From Balamuthia mandrillaris (Eukaryota): a stretch of 62,412 nt of DNA. Made by a program: the position numbers and the translations under genes. Location: the NCBI GenBank assembly GCA_031835245.2, contig JAVKOQ020000087.1, positions 124,001 to 186,412 of the forward strand. The letters run 5' to 3'. Below are positions 40,513 through 50,767 of this stretch, piece by piece; the stretch's first letter is position 1; each line of letters starts with the position of its first letter. A model generated the notes under the pieces. The model searched no databases. It was not told the DNA's origin and saw only the letters and a list, made by a program, of their open reading frames with translations.

Positions 40513-42873
40513 ATGCCAAAGCGTGCAACAAGGCAGAGCCGAGCTCCACCGTTTATATGTACACATGTAGTGTGCACAACAGAGGCTGGAGCACGGTTCG
40601 AAGGGAGAGATAGCAAGACACTAAACGCCCATGAAAAAACAACACGTGCACATCGGCTCTGCCCACGCACGGGAACACCATGCCAAGCTTGCCAGGTGAC
40701 AGGAAATATAGATGTGAGCAAGCAATGGATTAGCTGTGGGCATGAAAAATGTGGGTTAGCCTACAAGTCAGAGAAAACAAAAAAGCAACACGAAAAGGAA
40801 GAACACATAAAGTGCTCCAATAGTTGCCAGCTCTGCAAAGAACATCAACACCAAGAGGAAGCCAAGCAACAGAAAGCGGCAATGAAGAAAAATCGTGAAG
40901 AAGAGGAGAGAGAACGAAAAAGAAAAAGAGAAGAAGAGAAAGATGAAGCAATCGAACTTGCAAATAAAAAGATGAAAGAAGTAGATCCAGCTGTTGGTCA
41001 CATAAAACTAGAAGTAGCAAAGGCTGCGGTGGAAGGTGCTCTAAAAACAAATATAGTAGATGGAGTGATAATGTTAGCACAACACTTTCCAATGATCACA
41101 ATGCACATACAAACAAACCTTTGTAACGAGCCTTGGATGCCACCAATTGACAAGCTGGTTGCGTTGAAGGATGTCATTGGTATCCCAGATAGTTGTTGGC
41201 CAATGGTAATGCTTACCTTCAACTTGGCAAAAGGAGCAAGCTTGTACTATGTCAAGAAAAGGATAAAGGAGTTGAATGCAACGATGAATGTGGAGAAGAC
41301 TGAGGGTGGACGAGGGCACCTTTTCCCATTCAAAGAGTTCATGGAGAGAGTGATTAAAGAAAACATCAACAAACCACCAACGTCAGGCATAGTGAAAGTC
41401 AAGCTTTCATTAGATGGTTCAACAGCAGCAGCTCGCGGCCATAGACAGATGGAGCTTGGAACCCTAGAGACACTCCATGATGAGTGGTCACTGAAAGCGC
41501 TCAAGTCTTCTCACAACTGTCGACCTTGGTTGATGTACCTTGGAAAAGAGGATAGCTCAACTCTTGAAGCAGAATTGGGAAGTCAGTTGAACGTTATCAA
41601 CGAAATAGCAATGAAAGGAAGCACACTTACCATTGAAGCAGAGGAAGTTAACATTGAGCTTTTTCTTACCGTGGATCTCAAGGCCTTGAAGGTACTAAGT
41701 GGCCTAAATAGCTTCTACTCAAGCAAAGCAACATACTGCTGTTTTTGGTGTTTGGCAACGCGACAAGAGATTGGAGATAGAAATTTGAAAGAAGAAACAA
41801 TAAGCTTTCGTACCGTGGAAAAAGTGATCAATAAGTTGCCAACACGAAAGAAAAAGAGGGCGAAGGAGTTTCTGGAACAGCTAAAAAGAACAGAGCCCAA
41901 CAACATTAACTATGAAAATCCTGGAATGGTTGTTTGGGAAGTGATTAAGAACTTACAACAAAGTACAAGAGAAAAGAGTGCATGCAATCATGCTGGATAC
42001 ATCAACAAACCTCTTCTTCTGTTTCCTCCGACTCGGGTTGTACCAGACCTTCTTCATTTAGTCATGGGAGTGGTGCGTAAGCTATTGATGAAGACGGCAG
42101 AGCTTGTAACTGAAAATGACGATGAACTTCATCTTCAAATACTCAACAAGTTGATCGAAATGGCGATTTATATTGTTGATATAGAAGAGAAAAGAAAAGA
42201 GATAGAGGACAAAAGGAAGAAGAAAAAGAGAAACAATCAAACAAAGATAGAATTAGCACAACAACTAAAGAGGAGCCGCTTAAACCGAGCTGAGTACTTA
42301 CACATTTTGCAACACTACAAAGAGATTCTTGACCTCTTCCAGTCAACAGAAAAAGAAGCAAACAAAACACTCCAGAACATATATAAAGCGTGGTGGGAGT
42401 TTCATCGCTTGTGTACATTAGCTTTGCAAGAAGGCATTATTATCATAGAAGAGCAATGGAAAAAAGAAGCAAAAAAGTTCAAAGATGCATACCTTGATGC
42501 CTTTGCTCCAGAAGACTTCACAACCTATATGCATGTGTTTGTTGATCATCTTGGACACTTTTTGGAAAAATATGGATGTGTGGAGATGTTTAGCAATTTT
42601 GGAATTGAGCACACACATAGCAGAGTGAAAAGGACAATAAGACAACGTACAAGTGGCTTCAGAGGAATTAATACAGGAACCTGTGACGTAACAAAGGATG
42701 TTCTCACCACAGTGCACAGAACACAAACAATTTCTTCTACTCATCCTGAAGCTGCAAAGGCCCATAAAGCATATCACCAGCAAGAATCCTGGGCAGACAA
42801 GAACTTGGTAAAATTTCCAGAGTTAATGATGTACTTGAAAAGAGAACAAAAAGGAAAGGAAAAAGAAGAATAA
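40513..42873 (+). CDS. RAG1/Transib-like (CMC-Transib clan) DDE transposase, 786 aa, intronless and uninterrupted
   Basis: KLSLD301GS, FLTVD388LK, YCC410FWC413, PDLLH515, TYMH674VFVDH679 and FSNFGIE699H occur in the same order as the RAG1 core motifs. The N-terminus carries Cys/His modules. Confidence 0.82.
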   Translation: MPKRATRQSRAPPFICTHVVCTTEAGARFEGRDSKTLNAHEKTTRAHRLCPRTGTPCQACQVTGNIDVSKQWISCGHEKCGLAYKSEKTKKQHEKEEHIKCSNSCQLCKEHQHQEEAKQQKAAMKKNREEEERERKRKREEEKDEAIELANKKMKEVDPAVGHIKLEVAKAAVEGALKTNIVDGVIMLAQHFPMITMHIQTNLCNEPWMPPIDKLVALKDVIGIPDSCWPMVMLTFNLAKGASLYYVKKRIKELNATMNVEKTEGGRGHLFPFKEFMERVIKENINKPPTSGIVKVKLSLDGSTAAARGHRQMELGTLETLHDEWSLKALKSSHNCRPWLMYLGKEDSSTLEAELGSQLNVINEIAMKGSTLTIEAEEVNIELFLTVDLKALKVLSGLNSFYSSKATYCCFWCLATRQEIGDRNLKEETISFRTVEKVINKLPTRKKKRAKEFLEQLKRTEPNNINYENPGMVVWEVIKNLQQSTREKSACNHAGYINKPLLLFPPTRVVPDLLHLVMGVVRKLLMKTAELVTENDDELHLQILNKLIEMAIYIVDIEEKRKEIEDKRKKKKRNNQTKIELAQQLKRSRLNRAEYLHILQHYKEILDLFQSTEKEANKTLQNIYKAWWEFHRLCTLALQEGIIIIEEQWKKEAKKFKDAYLDAFAPEDFTTYMHVFVDHLGHFLEKYGCVEMFSNFGIEHTHSRVKRTIRQRTSGFRGINTGTCDVTKDVLTTVHRTQTISSTHPEAAKAHKAYHQQESWADKNLVKFPELMMYLKREQKGKEKEE

Positions 42874-43019
42874 TACACTTACTATCTTCACGATTGTTGT
42901 GTTCTTGGTTTTTGTTGTTGTTCATTGTTGTACCCTGATTGCGCGAGGCGGCGCGGATGACAGTGAAAGTAGCGGTGGCGTATGTTATGCCGCGTCAGCG
43001 TCGCGTCTGTGTTGGCCTC

Positions 43020-43266
43020 CGCGTTGGCGCGTCAGCGTTGGTGCTGGTGCGTTCTGGCGTTGGCGTTGGCGTTGGCGTCATGCGTTATGTTGGCGTAGCG
43101 GTATGTTGGGCGTTGGCGTTGGCGTTGGCGTTGGCGTTGGCGTTGGTGTTGGCGCTGCGCTGGCGTTACGCTGGCGTTGGTGTTGGCGTTATGCCGGTGC
43201 TGGCGTTTGCGTTATGCTGCAGGAGTCACGGTACCATGTTTTGCGTTTGGTGCTGGCGGTTGGCGT
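43020..43266 (+). repeat. Degenerate (GGCGTT)n hexamer tandem array downstream of the transposase
   Basis: Perfect core at about 43109-43146, with degenerate GGTGTT/GGCGCT copies around it. Confidence 0.9.
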
Positions 43267-44666
43267 CCCTCCATCCTTTTTCATCTTTGACGTCATGTGC
43301 TTTCTGGAAAAGTACAAAGAAATGAACAAAAAGACAAAGACAAGGAAGAAAAGATCTAAATCGTTCTTACCCTCATTGCTTGACGTTGGAACTGTGTTTC
43401 AGAAAGAAAGAAAAAGTATGAGAGGAGAGCGAGAGGAGAGGGGGAGGAGAGCCGAGAGGAGCAACCTACTGTTCCAATGGTGTGGCCATTGCAATACCCC
43501 TTGAGGGTTGAAGACTCTGTAGTGCACAGAGAGCGTTGTTTTCTTTGTTTTGGCGTCATGCAAAAGAGAACAAGGAGGGACTATGTTTGCGTAGCTCCCT
43601 AAAGGAAACGTCTTGCTTTGTGGCATACAGGCCCAAAAGGTTGACTGGACTAGACTCTCTGTTGTCTCCCAGTGTACAGAGGATCTGCCAAACACAAGCA
43701 TAATATACTCAGTAGGGATAGGTGCAGAAGAATAGATAGGAAGATTTTGACGTCGTCGGAGGATGTTTTTCAACAAAACAGGAGAAAGAACGGTGACAAT
43801 AAAATCCAAAGCATTAACGTCTGTAACAAAAAACCCATCTTCCTGCTTTGTTGTCCTCCTTAATCAAAACTTGGTGTTGTGCCCCGTTCTTTGCTTCCAT
43901 CTTGTTTTCCCCCTTTTGAAGAAGAAGAAAAAAAAAAGAAACCTAATGTCGACATGAAAAAAAAGATAGCTGGCGTTTCTGCTTTCAGCTGCCACATCAG
44001 CTTTCCTCCGCAGTGGGATGGACACACGTTGTGCCTCCTGCACGCACTGCAATGCGTCCTTCACCTTCGTCGCAAAAAAGGACGGTCAGGGTTCATGCAG
44101 TAAAGAAGGAAAAAACGAGGTGTGCATACAACCAGGACTGCTGAAACAACAAAGATAAAAAAAAAACGGTTCCATACATAAAAAACTATGATGGGGGAAG
44201 TTCTGCTGCGTCCTGCCAGCTTTACTCCTTGGCTCAGAGCAGCCCAGTACGGCACTCCAGACACAATCCACGAGCTCAACGAGGCACATGCCCGCCTAGG
44301 GTTAACCGCAACACCTTACAAAACGACTCTCACCGAAAAAGGCCAATACTAATGCACGCTGCTACATGTCGACTTGACGGGAGTAATGCCTTTAATTCAT
44401 TACCTTTATTATTATGCTTTTTTTCATTATCTACTTTCTTCAATGCAAACCTAGGCCTCAAAGAAAGTTATTCTTGTATCTTCCGTTCAAACGAATTCAC
44501 TTCCGCGAAAGGGTGGATGGTGGGCGGTTCTTCGCCGGTAAAACACGCACCCTCCCTCCAAAGTATACCTCTTTCTTCCCACAGGGCTTGAGAGTGAAAG
44601 AGAGCAAAGTGAATAAGAGAGAATAGAACTCTTTTATTTACGTTTTTTTAAAAAAAGAAAGCAAAT

Positions 44667-47351
44667 ATGTTGGGAATATTTGGAAAAAGAAAGAAAGAAG
44701 AAGAAAGTGGAGGAGGAGGAACTACCAACGCTCGTCCAGTCTTTGGGATTCCTTTTGCAGACGCTGCACAACTAAGCGAGGATGGAAGCATACCGGTGCC
44801 GGTTCGCAAATGCGTGGAGTACATCAATGAAAAAGGTTTGCTTGCAAAGGAATGTTGCGTACTTGCTTTTGTTTGTTTAGTGACTGTTGTGACAAACAAA
44901 CAAGGTTTGGAGGAGGAAGGCATTTACCGCAAGTCTGGAAGTTTTGGGCGGATCAAAGACTATCGAAGAGCTTTTGACAACGGTTTGGTTTCTTTCTCTT
45001 TAAAGTTTCTCTCTATAGTGGTTTTTCACTTTCGATCATACTTTCGCCTTTGCTCTTTTCTTTTTAACAAAAAACAAACATAAACAGGCGAAGAAGTAAA
45101 CTTTTCAGAAGAACAAGACCCCTCCACGGTAGCCGGCGTGCTCCTCCTCTTCTTCAAAGAGCTGCCCGAGCCCATCTACACCGACTCCCTCCTCAACAGC
45201 TTCCTCCAACTCTGCCGCATCTCCGAGCGAACCCTCCGCTTCAACGCTCTCACCAGCCTGCTCTGCCAGCTGCCCCGCTGCAACCGCATCACGCTACGTT
45301 ACATGGCGGAGCATTGGCGCAACGTGGCGATGAATGCGGCAGCCAATAAGATGTCCCCCGCCAACATAGGCGTTTGCTTTGGCTCTGTATCGAGCGCTAT
45401 AGTGCCAGTGCTTATAGATGCTATAGGGCAGCCGGGGGCGTGGCCTTCCGAGGCAGAGTTGGAGGCGATCGTGCAGCAGGCCACCACCGAAGAGCAGTGG
45501 ACGCATGAGGAGGAGGACCCTCCATCCTCTTTGGCATGGGAGGAAGGAGGAGAAGGGTATTACGGTGATGAAAGAAGCGGAGAAGAAGAATCGGAAGAGG
45601 CTGCTCGTCCTCCGCTTCCGCCTGGAAGACCGACAAAAGATGGTAGCCGAGAGGCAGCCTCTGTACCTCCCCCGCTTCCACAAAGAGAGCCGTTCTCACA
45701 CTCTTCGTCATCTACGACGACAGCGGCACCTCAACAACCACTGCTTAGTCCTCGAAGACCTCCGCCGCCACTTCCTGCCGGTAGACCATCATCACAACCC
45801 CAATCTCTTCCTTCTATCCCACCAGCCACCGTTGGCAGAGGTGCAGTTGCTCCTCCATTACCTCCTTCTCGTGGCGTAGGAGGAAGAGGCGTGGGTGTTA
45901 GTCAAAGAGGAGGAGAAAGAGGGGGAAGAGGAGCAGGTGGGAATGGTGGTAATAGACCTCTCCCATCAGGACAACACCCACAACAGCAACAAAATAGAGG
46001 AAGATCTCATGTGATGAGAACGAGATATTGCACCTTACAGATGGAAGCCACCCATGTCACCAAGAAATTCTTTGGTAGTCCTGGCGAGTTGCGGTTGCGC
46101 TGCTTCACCACCAAACTTCCGTTTTACAAGCCCGGTGATACCATCTCTGTTTCTGGTATGTCCTTCTAGCCTTGTGCTTTTTCTGATTTCGATATGAAGA
46201 GAACAGAGAGAGGTGAAGCACTAACTCTCGAAAAAAAAAAAAAACCAGTGATGCTGGAAAATGAGACAAAGCAGAAGGTCAACGACCTTGCCATCTTTCT
46301 AGAAACCACCAAGTTTGTGGGGCCAAAGAGAAAAGCTGAAAAGATCAGAAGTCAGAAAACGGTATTCCATAAAGGCCTCGACTTTCAAGTGGAAAAAGCT
46401 GCCGCCAATAGCAAAGAAGAAGACGCAACGAACAAACCTGGTCTGTTGGTCAGTTGCTTCCAAAAGGAGTTTGTGTTCCAGGTTCCCATAGACGCGCCGA
46501 ACTCGGAAGAAGGAGTAGTGCAGCATTCTCTCATCATCGAGTTGGGACTCAAGTTGCATCGCCCATTGGAAGCTGTTCTTCCTTTGACCATCTCCAACAA
46601 CGGCAGCTTCCCTCCTCGTCTAGAGGGAGCTGTGAAGAAAGAGGGTGGTCTCCTTTCTCTTCCTCCACAACTTCTTCCTCCTCTCCCTTCTACTGCTGCT
46701 GGAGCTGGCGGTGGTAGAAGACCAAGTTCATTTGGTGGCGTTCATACGTCTTCATCTTCGCCTGCTTCTCCTCCTCCTTCCGTTGGCCCAAAGATGCCGT
46801 TCTTGTCTCGCTCTGGCTCTGATAATTCTCTTCCTCTCGATGGAAGCAACAACGACAACGTCTTCCTCAACAATAACGGAAGTAACATCGTATCTAACTC
46901 TCCGCCACTCCCACGACGACCTTCCACTCCACCTCTTCCGCGTAGACACTCGGCAGCATCCATCGATACTTCCATACTTGCTGCTTTAAACTCTTCGTCT
47001 TCCTCTTCTCCTCCTTCACCTTCTCCTTTAGGCTTTGCTCCTTCATCATTTACCAAAGACACGCCGCCTTCTCTTCCTCCTCGTGCCGGTCACTCTCTTT
47101 TGCCTCCTTCTTCTCCATCGTCACCTTCTTCTGCTCCTCCTTCTCTTGCCTCATCCCCTTTGCCACCATCAGCGCACCCAATAGCTCCACGTGGAGCAGC
47201 ACATCCACAGCTGACGGTCACGTTAGGTGGCATTCAACCGATCTCAGTGCGTGGACGCTCTGCAGCGCCCATTCCTGCCGGCACAGTGCGGCGGGCATCC
47301 CGTCCTATTGCTGACTTGACAAGTATGTTCGATGCTTCCTCTGGTTGTTAA
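44667..47351 (+). CDS. RhoGAP with proline-rich regions and an arrestin-C-like beta-sandwich domain, spliced
   Basis: VFGIP, IPVPVRKCVEYI..|GLEEEGIYRKSGS (arginine finger), VAGVLLLFFKELPEPI and NKMSPANIGVCFG. Later KKFFGSPGELRL......YKPGDTISVSV.LENET...V. Confidence 0.85.
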
Positions 47352-47537
47352 AATCTGTTTTTTTTTGTTAGTGTTGTTGGTTATGAAATGAAAGTTCGTT
47401 AGTTGTTTTTGGTTTGGCGAGAACGAAGCTATGTGGAAGAGTAGTGTTGTCTTCTGCGAAATGAGATTTTGTTGTGCAAAAAGAAGTTAAAAAAACATAA
47501 ATGAGCAGAGGGAGAAAGATAGAGAGACTGATGAAGT

Positions 47538-49266
47538 TTAGCTCTGTTGTTTTTCCTTCCTCGGGGGAAGTTCCTTGCGAGACGAGTTGACCCTCAATTT
47601 CACAAACTTTGAGCTCAAACGGTTCATCGCCATCGTTGCAAGGATCGCTCCCTTCCACTTCCTTTTGGCGTTGAACTTCTTGAGTTCGGTGATGGTGTCG
47701 TCCAGATTTGCATCTGGGCATTCAGCTCCCTGTTGTTTTTATTTTGAACGGTTGGAAAAACTTAGACACGAGAAAAAGCAAACTGAAACAGCAAAAAAAA
47801 AAAAAAAAAGCAAGGTGAAAGAGGGATGCCTTGCCTTGACCCAGGGATGCTCCAAACAATCTGCAGCGGTAAAACGTTTTTTAGGGTCAAGGACCAAAAG
47901 GTGGTTGATGAGATCTTTGGCAGACTCGCTGATCTTGTCCCAGTGAGGGGAGGGATAGTCGTATTCTCCCTCCAAAATCTGATCAAACACTTCGTCGTCA
48001 TCCTCCGAATAGAATGGAGGATAGCCGCAAAGTCTGATAGAAATGATAAGAGAAGTGAACAAAAGAAAGACAAATAGTGATTGTCCAACATAATAAGAGG
48101 AAAAATGCGTACAAGATATAAAGGATTACTCCAACGGCCCACATATCTATGATGTGATGCAACAAGAGGAACAGGTTATGATGGATAACAAACAAAAATA
48201 ACTTATATGCCACGTACCGATTTCAAGACCATACTCGCTTTCTTCATCCAAACACTTTACCACTTCAGGAGCTGTAAGTTTTATAACCAGAAAAAAGATG
48301 CATGATATGTGAGTGAAAGAAAAAAATGAAATAGAGGAAGAAAACAAAGAAAGGAAGGCCAGTTTTTTGTTTCAAAAAAAAAAAAACAAAAAGCAACACT
48401 ACGGTGACGAAGAGGGAACGAAAAACAAAGCAAAACAAAAACCATACCCACATAACCGGGTGTGCCGACCGGGACAGTGAGAGGCTCCTCTGGAGTGATA
48501 AATTTGGAAAGACCAAAGTCAGCTACCAACACAGGCGAGTCATCGTTCTCGTTTTCCAACAACAAATTCTCAGGCTTCAAATCTGCATATGATTGTGAGA
48601 AAAAGGAAAAAGAAAGAGATGAACGGATAAAGAAACCAACCGCGATGGACAACGTGTTGGTCGTGCATGTGCTTGATGGCGCTTACGAGTTGACGGATGA
48701 GAGTGCTGGCGTGTTTTTCTGAATAATGTTGCAGCTGTACTATCCTGTCGAACAATTCTCCTCCTGAAATGCTTTATAACACAAAATGAAAAGCAAAAGG
48801 TGAGCGAGGTGAGAAGAAGGAAGGTATCAAGGAGACTGAAGATAAAAAAAAAGTGGTAAAACGCAGGAGAAGAAAGAAGAGAGAAACTCACAGGTCCATA
48901 ACGAGGTGATAGTGCGTCTCAGTCTCATAGACAGCTTGCAACTTGACAATGTTGGGGTGAGAGAGGGTGCTGAGGATCTGTACTTCTGTTTCGATCATTT
49001 TCAGGGCCTTTGCTCCGGCATCCTTTTTGTCTTTTCGCGAAAACACAAAAAATGTTAAAAACAGTTTTTTTAGTTACCGTGTTGTGGCGTGTGGCGTGTG
49101 GTGTGTGCGTGGGTGTTGTGTTTTGTTGATTTGCAAACAATACCAATCATCTTTACGGCTACTCGTTTGCCGCTCTCTTTGTTAACGCCAAGTTTGACGA
49201 CCGAGTAGTTACCCCTGTGATATGCATAACATAAACGGTTAAAACTGTTACAGTTATTTGCCTGCA

Positions 49267-49304
<38 letters not shown>

Positions 49305-49390
49305 ACAAAAACGATGAACCTTCCAAGAACGTCATGAATAGTGTAGTGCTCATCGAGAGGTTCTGATCTGTAGAGACTGGTGGCCTGCAT
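47538..49390 (-). CDS. CaMK-group Ser/Thr kinase (CaMKI/MLCK-A-like), 9 exons
   Basis: LGRGNYSVV, VAVK, GGELFDRI, HRDLKPENLL, DFGLSK, GTPGYVAPE, DMWAVGVI, LCGYPPF and the regulatory segment LKKFNAKRKWKGAI. Confidence 0.95.
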
Positions 49391-49635
49391 ATTGTTTTTT
49401 TTTAAAAAAAGATCTGGAACTCCAAAAAAAAAGAGCCTGTTTGACTCTTATTATTAGTTCATTTGCCTCATGCAAGGAGGGGCTAAAGAAGAAGGAGAGT
49501 GCTTTCGTTTTACCTTCTTTCTCTCTCTGCTTTCTCACCACTTTTTGGTGTGTTTCGCCAAATAGCCTTAATTATCAAGTGTGTTATCGATCGTTGGAGA
49601 ATTATTACTATTTATGGTAAATTTTTCTGGTCAGG

Positions 49636-50598
49636 TTATCGATAATTGGGATTGTATGGCAAAGTCTTTCGATTTTTTTTCCTGTGTTGATCTGCTGGAT
49701 TAAACGTCACACAAGTGAGTAAACTCACAAAATGAAAGTTCTTGCGAGGATGTGGTGATGGGGTGGACTATGTCATGTCATGTCTTTACGGGCGAGGTCT
49801 TTGTGTTGGGAAGACAGACGGATCGTGGCATAGAACGTCAAGAAGGAGAGGAAGAATAAGAACAAGAAGAAGAACCAGAAGAAGCAACAACAAAGGAATG
49901 AGAAACACAACAAGAAGAACAAGAAGAAGAACAACAACAACAAAGGAATGAGAAATTGAACCTAAAGGCGTAGTTGCTTGCACTTCGTATCCATACTGTT
50001 GCACTTCCAATAACTCGCTCTGGGAGTTCAACGTAGACACCCAACAGCCAGTCAAGCAACTTGCACTGGCTTTGCTGCAATTGCAATACTGTACTTTCCA
50101 ATTGGCATCAGGACCCCAAGGCGAGACTGCAAACTTAGGTTCCAAACCTTCCAACTGCTCTCCCTCTTCTGCTTCTATCTGTCCAGATGGAGGATGCCAC
50201 AACAATGTGTCCACAGTAACAGCACCTAAACGAGGTGGAAGAAGAACCAGTCAGACAAAAATGAAGAGACACGGAAGGAAGAACATGAATGAATATCCAA
50301 CCATAGACAGCGGGTTCAAGATATGAAGGGTGGGCAGGACGTGTCTCAATGAATGCGTGAAAGTCATGCAAGCACCTTCTCTTCAAACACATGAAAAAAC
50401 AAAGGCAGAGGTGCGTTCAGTTTAAAATGGGTAAGTTTTTAAAGAGGAAGGAGGGCAGTGGCCTTACAATGCCTTCCAAAGACACTTATCAACGATAATT
50501 GCACGCCAAGCACTACACACACCTTCACAACCGGCCAAGGCTTTCGCTTCGAGCCTCGCCAAAATCAGCTCCACTAACTCAATCGGTAACCCTTCCAT
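49636..50598 (-). CDS. F-box protein (3' end uncertain, possibly truncated)
   Basis: First exon MEGLPIELVELILARLEAKALAGCEGVCSAWRAIIVDKCLWKAL (50598-50468) is a clear F-box and is not in the ORF track. Later exons were joined through GT-AG introns. Confidence 0.6.
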
Positions 50599-50767
50599 CA
50601 CTCACGTTAGTCAGTTGAAATATACTGGCAACGTGGCGGCCTTCTCTCAGCGCCGATACGCTCCAAGATTGGACATCTCCGAAAGCAATCGGGTCATCCC
50701 TCCGCTTCCTGACGTCTTTCAGGTATCCCATGTCGACATAATTTAATACATTATAATAACCACGTCC

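Noticed and set aside
42899..43504. GVGVGV/ALALAL/WRWRWR ORFs
   Set aside because: These are frames of the (GGCGTT)n array, with no evidence of coding.
40250..43674. Alternative inverted repeat CACTGGGA / TCCCAGTG
   Set aside because: It is only 8 bp long with no target-site duplication, which is compatible with chance.
43950..44290. FYVE-like remnant on the minus strand (CMNPDRPFLRRR*RTHCSACRRHNVC)
   Set aside because: It has an internal stop, missing ligands and no coherent splice structure, so it is too weak to call.
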